A stretch of DNA of 60,538 nt from positions 1-60,538 of the forward strand of contig JBILRP010000006.1 of the NCBI GenBank assembly GCA_044372565.1. Reading direction: 5' to 3'. This document shows, in pieces, positions 56,154 to 60,538 of the stretch. The stretch's first letter is position 1. Each line of letters begins with the position of its first letter. Source of the stretch: Bacilli bacterium (lineage in GTDB: Bacteria; Bacillota_I; Bacilli_A; RFN20; CAG-826). The notes under the pieces were generated by a model. It saw nothing but the letters and a program-made list of their open reading frames with translations, was not told the origin of the DNA and ran no database searches. The position numbers and the translations under genes were made by a program.

Positions 56154-57371
56154 ATGGATTACACCTCGATTATCAATCAATACATTGAGTTAGAAAAAAA
56201 CAGACAAGACGAAGGTCTTGAGCTTATTGCTTCTGAAAATTACACCTCTTCCAAGGTCATGGCGATTCAAGGATCGATCCTCACCAATAAATACGCGGAA
56301 GGATTTCCAGGCAAACGATATTATGGTGGCTGTGTTCACGTTGACAAAATTGAACAAATTGCCATTGACTTAGCATGCCAACTTTATGCTTGCCGATTTG
56401 CCAATGTTCAACCTCACTCAGGATCGAGTGCGAACTTTATTGTTTATAGCGCCTTGTTAAAACCAGGGGATAAAATCATGTCCTTAGGCTTAAATGAAGG
56501 TGGTCATTTAACCCACGGGAGTAGTGTTAATTTTTCCGGTAAACTTTATCAATTCATTCATTATGGCTTATTGGCCAACGGCAAGATTGATTATCCAGGA
56601 ATGGTTGCCCTAGCGCGATTAGAAAAACCAAAAATGATTGTTGCTGGATTTTCCTCTTATCCATATGTAACCGACTATGAAATCTTTAGTAACGTCGCCA
56701 AAGAAATAGGGGCGGTCTTTTTAGTCGACATGGCCCATATTTCTGGCCTGGTTGCCGCAGGTGTTCACCCATCCCCATTTCCATATGCGGATGTCGTCAC
56801 TTCCACCACACACAAAACCATTCGTGGTCCTCGTGGCGGGATGATCTTAACCAATTCAGAAGAGTTCATTAAAAAAATTAATTCCGCAACTTTTCCAGGT
56901 GCTCAAGGTGGACCTTTAATGCACGTGATAGGCGGTAAAGCCCAAGCCTTTGCAGAAGCCCTTGAACCAAGCTTTAAACAATACGCGAAGCAAATTGTTA
57001 AAAATACCAAAGCTTGTGCGGATGAATTTGCAAAATTAGGAGCGTTTGTCTCTGGAACAGAAACCCATTTATTTTTATTAGATACAAAGAAATCATTTGG
57101 TTTAACAGGGGTTGATTGCCAAATTAAACTTGATGAAATTAATGTAACCTTGAATAAAAATATGTTACCAAATGATCAAGAAAAACCTCAAACCACATCA
57201 GGAGTAAGAATTGGTTTTGCTGCTCTAACAACAAGGGGTTCGAATGAGGAGATTTCTAGAGATATCGCTCGTTTAATCTACCGTTATCTCAAAAGTGAAA
57301 TCAATAAAGACCTTGCCATCTCAATTGTTAAACGGATGGTGAGTTTGCTTAAACCTTTATCCAGCATTTAA
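56154..57371 (+). CDS. glyA: Serine hydroxymethyltransferase
   Basis: LIASEN, NKYAEGFPGKRYYGG, GGHLTHG, TTHKTIRGPRGG (PLP Lys); SD GGGAGG. Confidence 0.97.
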   Translation: MDYTSIINQYIELEKNRQDEGLELIASENYTSSKVMAIQGSILTNKYAEGFPGKRYYGGCVHVDKIEQIAIDLACQLYACRFANVQPHSGSSANFIVYSALLKPGDKIMSLGLNEGGHLTHGSSVNFSGKLYQFIHYGLLANGKIDYPGMVALARLEKPKMIVAGFSSYPYVTDYEIFSNVAKEIGAVFLVDMAHISGLVAAGVHPSPFPYADVVTSTTHKTIRGPRGGMILTNSEEFIKKINSATFPGAQGGPLMHVIGGKAQAFAEALEPSFKQYAKQIVKNTKACADEFAKLGAFVSGTETHLFLLDTKKSFGLTGVDCQIKLDEINVTLNKNMLPNDQEKPQTTSGVRIGFAALTTRGSNEEISRDIARLIYRYLKSEINKDLAISIVKRMVSLLKPLSSI

Positions 57372-57373
57372 CC

Positions 57374-59197
57374 ATGAAAAAACTTCCGAGATGGTTTAAA
57401 GTTGCCCTCTACGTGATTGCGGATTTCACTTCAGTGCTTGCTATAGGTCTATTTGTTTATGTATCACGAAGTGAAAGTTTAACTCCAGATTCATTTTTTT
57501 TATTGCTCCTTATGTCCTATGCGATTACTTTAATTGTTGGGTTATTCATTCTTGGCGTATATTCAATGATCACGCTTCATTTTGGCTTGATTGATTCCAT
57601 TAAAATCGGACTGATTACTGTCGCTTTTAACCTTTTCTTTTATTTTTTATTTTCCATCACTGGAATCGACTATACTCCCATTGAAGTTGCCTTTATTATG
57701 ATTGCTGAACCAGCTTTATTGATTGGATTACGAGTTGCTCGCCGTGTCCTTGCGATTGTTTTAGGTTATCAACAATCGGACCGATCGCATATTCAACGCA
57801 CCTTAGTCATTGGAGCAGGTGCAGCTGGAAAAATGGTCATTGATGAACTTCGAACCAATCGGCATCTTCAAGCAACCCCAGTGGTGGTGGTGGATGATGA
57901 TCCAGAAAAATGGAAACGCCAATTTTTAAATCTGCCTATTCAAGGTCCGGTTAACAATTTACCAACCATTATCGAAAAATATAAAGTCCAACAAGTCATT
58001 GTCGCGATTGGCAATATCACCCGAATTCGTTTATTTGAAATTTTACGCATCATGGAAAAATCCAATGTAAAAATTAGACGGCTACCTTTGATGGAAGAAC
58101 TTGAAAAAGATGGGCAACGGATGGCCGTCCAAGATGTTAATGTTAATGAACTTCTCGGTCGCGATGTCATTCCTTTGATGAACGAGGAAATTAATTCTTT
58201 TATTAAAGGCCAAGTGGTTTTAATTACAGGTGCAGGTGGGTCGATTGGCAGTGAATTAACTAGACAAGTCTTCCGATATCAACCTAAAGCGATGGTCTTG
58301 TTAGACATTTATGAAAATGGGGTTTATGACGTCCAACAAGAACTCGTCCAACTCAATAAAAAATTAGTAAAACCAATTCCGATTTTTGTTCAAATTGGTG
58401 CAACCTATAACAAAGTGAGAATGGAACAATTATTTCAAACCTATCAACCCAATCTTGTCTTTCATGCTGCTGCGTATAAGCATGTCCCATTAATGCAAGA
58501 TTCTCCACAAGAAGCAATTCGAACCAATGTTTTAGGTACGTATCATATTGCTTCATTATCACAACAATACAAAGCTAAAAAGATGGTATTGGTCTCAACA
58601 GATAAGGCAGTTCGCTCAACCAATGTCATGGGTGCCACCAAATATTATGCAGAAACGATCATGCGGCATTTTGCAAAACAAAAAAGTCAAACCTCCTTTG
58701 CTGCGGTCCGGTTTGGTAATGTCTTGGCAAGCAACGGCAGTGTCATTCCTTTATTTAAAAAACAAATCGAACAAGGTGGACCTGTCACCGTCACCGATAA
58801 AGAAATCACCAGATTCTTTATGACAATCCCTGAGGCTGTTGGGTTAATCCTTCAATGTGGCGTGTTAGCAAAAGATGGGGAAATATTTATTCTAGATATG
58901 GGTCAACCTGTAAAAATTATTGATTTAGCGGAAAAAATGATTCGCCAATCTGGGTACATTCCTTATGAAGAAATTCACATCGAATTTACAGGATTAAGAC
59001 CTGGCGAAAAGATGTATGAAGAATTATTGCTTGATCCTAAAACAACCATAAAAACAAATAGCGAAAAGATATTTATTGACCGTGTTGAATTAATTGAGTT
59101 TAATGTATTAAGGTTTAATGAGTTAGTTTCGTTTGCGGAAGCCAATCATAAAGATACAAAAGATTTATTGTTTAAACAATTAAATCTAAAGGGGTAA
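57374..59197 (+). CDS. capD: CapD/PglF/WbpM-type membrane-bound UDP-sugar 4,6-dehydratase
   Basis: 4 N-terminal TMs, IGAGAAG, TGAGGSIGSE, HAAAYKHVP, STDKAV, MGATK, RFGNV, RPGEKMYEEL. Confidence 0.9.
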   Translation: MKKLPRWFKVALYVIADFTSVLAIGLFVYVSRSESLTPDSFFLLLLMSYAITLIVGLFILGVYSMITLHFGLIDSIKIGLITVAFNLFFYFLFSITGIDYTPIEVAFIMIAEPALLIGLRVARRVLAIVLGYQQSDRSHIQRTLVIGAGAAGKMVIDELRTNRHLQATPVVVVDDDPEKWKRQFLNLPIQGPVNNLPTIIEKYKVQQVIVAIGNITRIRLFEILRIMEKSNVKIRRLPLMEELEKDGQRMAVQDVNVNELLGRDVIPLMNEEINSFIKGQVVLITGAGGSIGSELTRQVFRYQPKAMVLLDIYENGVYDVQQELVQLNKKLVKPIPIFVQIGATYNKVRMEQLFQTYQPNLVFHAAAYKHVPLMQDSPQEAIRTNVLGTYHIASLSQQYKAKKMVLVSTDKAVRSTNVMGATKYYAETIMRHFAKQKSQTSFAAVRFGNVLASNGSVIPLFKKQIEQGGPVTVTDKEITRFFMTIPEAVGLILQCGVLAKDGEIFILDMGQPVKIIDLAEKMIRQSGYIPYEEIHIEFTGLRPGEKMYEELLLDPKTTIKTNSEKIFIDRVELIEFNVLRFNELVSFAEANHKDTKDLLFKQLNLKG

Positions 59198-59199
59198 AT

Positions 59200-60225
59200 A
59201 TGGATATATTTAGTGGAAAGACGTTGTTGATTACGGGTGGGACTGGTTCGTTTGGAAATGCAGTTATGAAAAGATTTCTTGATACTTCAATCAAAGAAAT
59301 TAGAATCTTTTCACGCGATGAAAAGAAACAAGAAGATATGAGGCGGTTTTATAAGAATCCAAAAATTAAGTTTTATATTGGTGATGTTAGACAAGAGGGT
59401 GGACTAGAGGATGCCATGGTTGGTGTGGATTATGTGTTTCACGCTGCGGCTCTTAAGCAAGTCCCTTCTTGTGAGTTTTTCCCAATTGAAGCAGTGAAAA
59501 CAAATGTACTTGGAACTGAAAACGTTCTTAATGCTGCCATCAGAGCTGGCGTTAAAAAAGTCATTTGCTTATCAACAGATAAAGCTGTTTATCCTATCAA
59601 TGCAATGGGAATTTCAAAAGCGATGATGGAAAAAGTCTTTATCGCAAAAGCAAGAACCGTCGATCCAAAGAAAACTTTAATTTGCGGTACTCGTTATGGA
59701 AACGTCATGGCCTCTAGAGGTTCTGTTATCCCTTTGTTTATTGATCAAATTAAAAATGGATTACCATTAACTGTCACCGATCCAAACATGACTAGATTTT
59801 TAATGTCTCTAGAAGAAGCGGTTGAGCTTGTCTTGCATTCATTTGTCCATGGTAAACAAGGCGACATTATGGTGCAAAAAGCACCTGCAAGTACTGTTGA
59901 AGATTTGGCCGTTGCATTAGTTGAATTATTCTCAGGCAAAAGTAAAATTCAAGTCATTGGTACTCGACACGGTGAAAAGCTATATGAAACCTTACTGACC
60001 AAAGAAGAATTTGCTGTCAGTGAAGACATGGGTGATTACTACCGCATCCCTGCCGATAATCGAGATTTAAACTATGATGTATATGTCTCTTCAGGATCTT
60101 CAAAACTTTCTGCAGTCACGGAATACAATTCCCACAATACAAAACGATTAAATGTTAAAGAAATTAAAAATAAATTATTACAACTTGAAGAAGTGAAGGA
60201 AGCCTTGGTTGGATGGAAAAAATAG
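59200..60225 (+). CDS. fnlA: UDP-GlcNAc 4,6-dehydratase/5-epimerase (FnlA/CapE/WbjB)
   Basis: ITGGTGSFG, SRDEKKQ, HAAALKQVPSCEF, YPINAMGISKA, RHGEKLYE, EYNSHNT. Confidence 0.92.
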   Translation: MDIFSGKTLLITGGTGSFGNAVMKRFLDTSIKEIRIFSRDEKKQEDMRRFYKNPKIKFYIGDVRQEGGLEDAMVGVDYVFHAAALKQVPSCEFFPIEAVKTNVLGTENVLNAAIRAGVKKVICLSTDKAVYPINAMGISKAMMEKVFIAKARTVDPKKTLICGTRYGNVMASRGSVIPLFIDQIKNGLPLTVTDPNMTRFLMSLEEAVELVLHSFVHGKQGDIMVQKAPASTVEDLAVALVELFSGKSKIQVIGTRHGEKLYETLLTKEEFAVSEDMGDYYRIPADNRDLNYDVYVSSGSSKLSAVTEYNSHNTKRLNVKEIKNKLLQLEEVKEALVGWKK

Positions 60226-60538
60226 ATCCCATCCTCATTACAGGTTCTCAAGGTTTTTTGGCGAAGAATCTAATCGCAAGATTAATTGGATTGGGTTTTT
60301 CAAATCTTTTATTGGTTGATCGATTAACTTCAAAAAAATCTCTCGATGAATATGTTCATAAAGCAAAGTTCATCTTTCATTTCGCAGGGGTCAATCGGCC
60401 GCAAGACCCTAAAGATTTTATTGTTGGTAATACCGATTCTATTCATGAGTTGATTCAGTTAATTCAAAAGAGTAAATCAAAAGCACCGGTTGTTGTTTCT
60501 TCATCCACGCAAGCGATGATGAATAATCCATATGGATT
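60213..60538 (+). CDS. fnlB: FnlB/CapF/WbjC-type epimerase/reductase (3'-truncated by the window edge)
   Basis: Manual translation MEKIDPILITGSQGFLAKNL...FHFAGVNRPQDP...SSSTQAMMNNPYG; overlaps the fnlA end; absent from the ORF track. Confidence 0.85.
   Translation, partial: MEKIDPILITGSQGFLAKNLIARLIGLGFSNLLLVDRLTSKKSLDEYVHKAKFIFHFAGVNRPQDPKDFIVGNTDSIHELIQLIQKSKSKAPVVVSSSTQAMMNNPYG

Noticed and set aside
1844-59939. Many 60-150 aa ORFs nested in or antisense to long genes (e.g. 4767-5222, 5538-5885, 13885-14241, 25311-25625)
   Set aside because: Shadow frames of well-supported CDSs with no motifs or initiation signals
1-60538. Genetic code 4 (UGA=Trp), CRISPR arrays, IS/prophage, rRNA
   Set aside because: RF2 is present, conserved genes end in TGA and use TGG for Trp; no regularly spaced repeats, transposase, integrase or rRNA-like sequence seen

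Overview
Gene-dense, low-GC chromosomal segment from a Bacillota/Bacilli bacterium. A Mollicutes-adjacent lineage (RFN20/Izemoplasmatales-like) is suggested by gene content but not proven; RF2 and TGA-terminated genes indicate genetic code 11. Left (1-20.6 kb) is housekeeping: comFA-comFC-secA-prfB (with the +1 programmed frameshift)-yitT-uvrB-secG-folD, an M29 aminopeptidase, glnA, an SOS-boxed umuC-like/yolD pair, an amino-acid permease, gcvT-H-PA-PB and tRNA-Ala(CGC). The centre (20.7-43.4 kb) is one co-directional 14-gene beta-1,3/1,6-glucan (laminarin-type) utilisation locus. It encodes a GH161-like phosphorylase, a non-catalytic 4xCBM4 lipoprotein, two solute-binding proteins (one ~1000 aa), four ABC permeases, an NHL-TPR-Yip1 fusion, a DUF5696-like protein, two GH16, a GH30 and a LacI regulator, behind a promoter with a cre-like site and a second LacI-type palindrome. 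The transport/accessory module of this locus is the best candidate for an uncharacterised system. The right part has MFS/Zn-PLC-like/YczE genes, a beta-propeller protein, an unannotated 4-Cys small ORF with an in-frame TGA, fruK-like-MFS-ald, an FMN-riboswitch rib operon lacking ribA and the RibD reductase domain, and glyA coupled to capD-fnlA-fnlB polysaccharide genes. No CRISPR array, IS element, integrase or rRNA was seen. All family calls come from motif recognition by eye, not from database searches.
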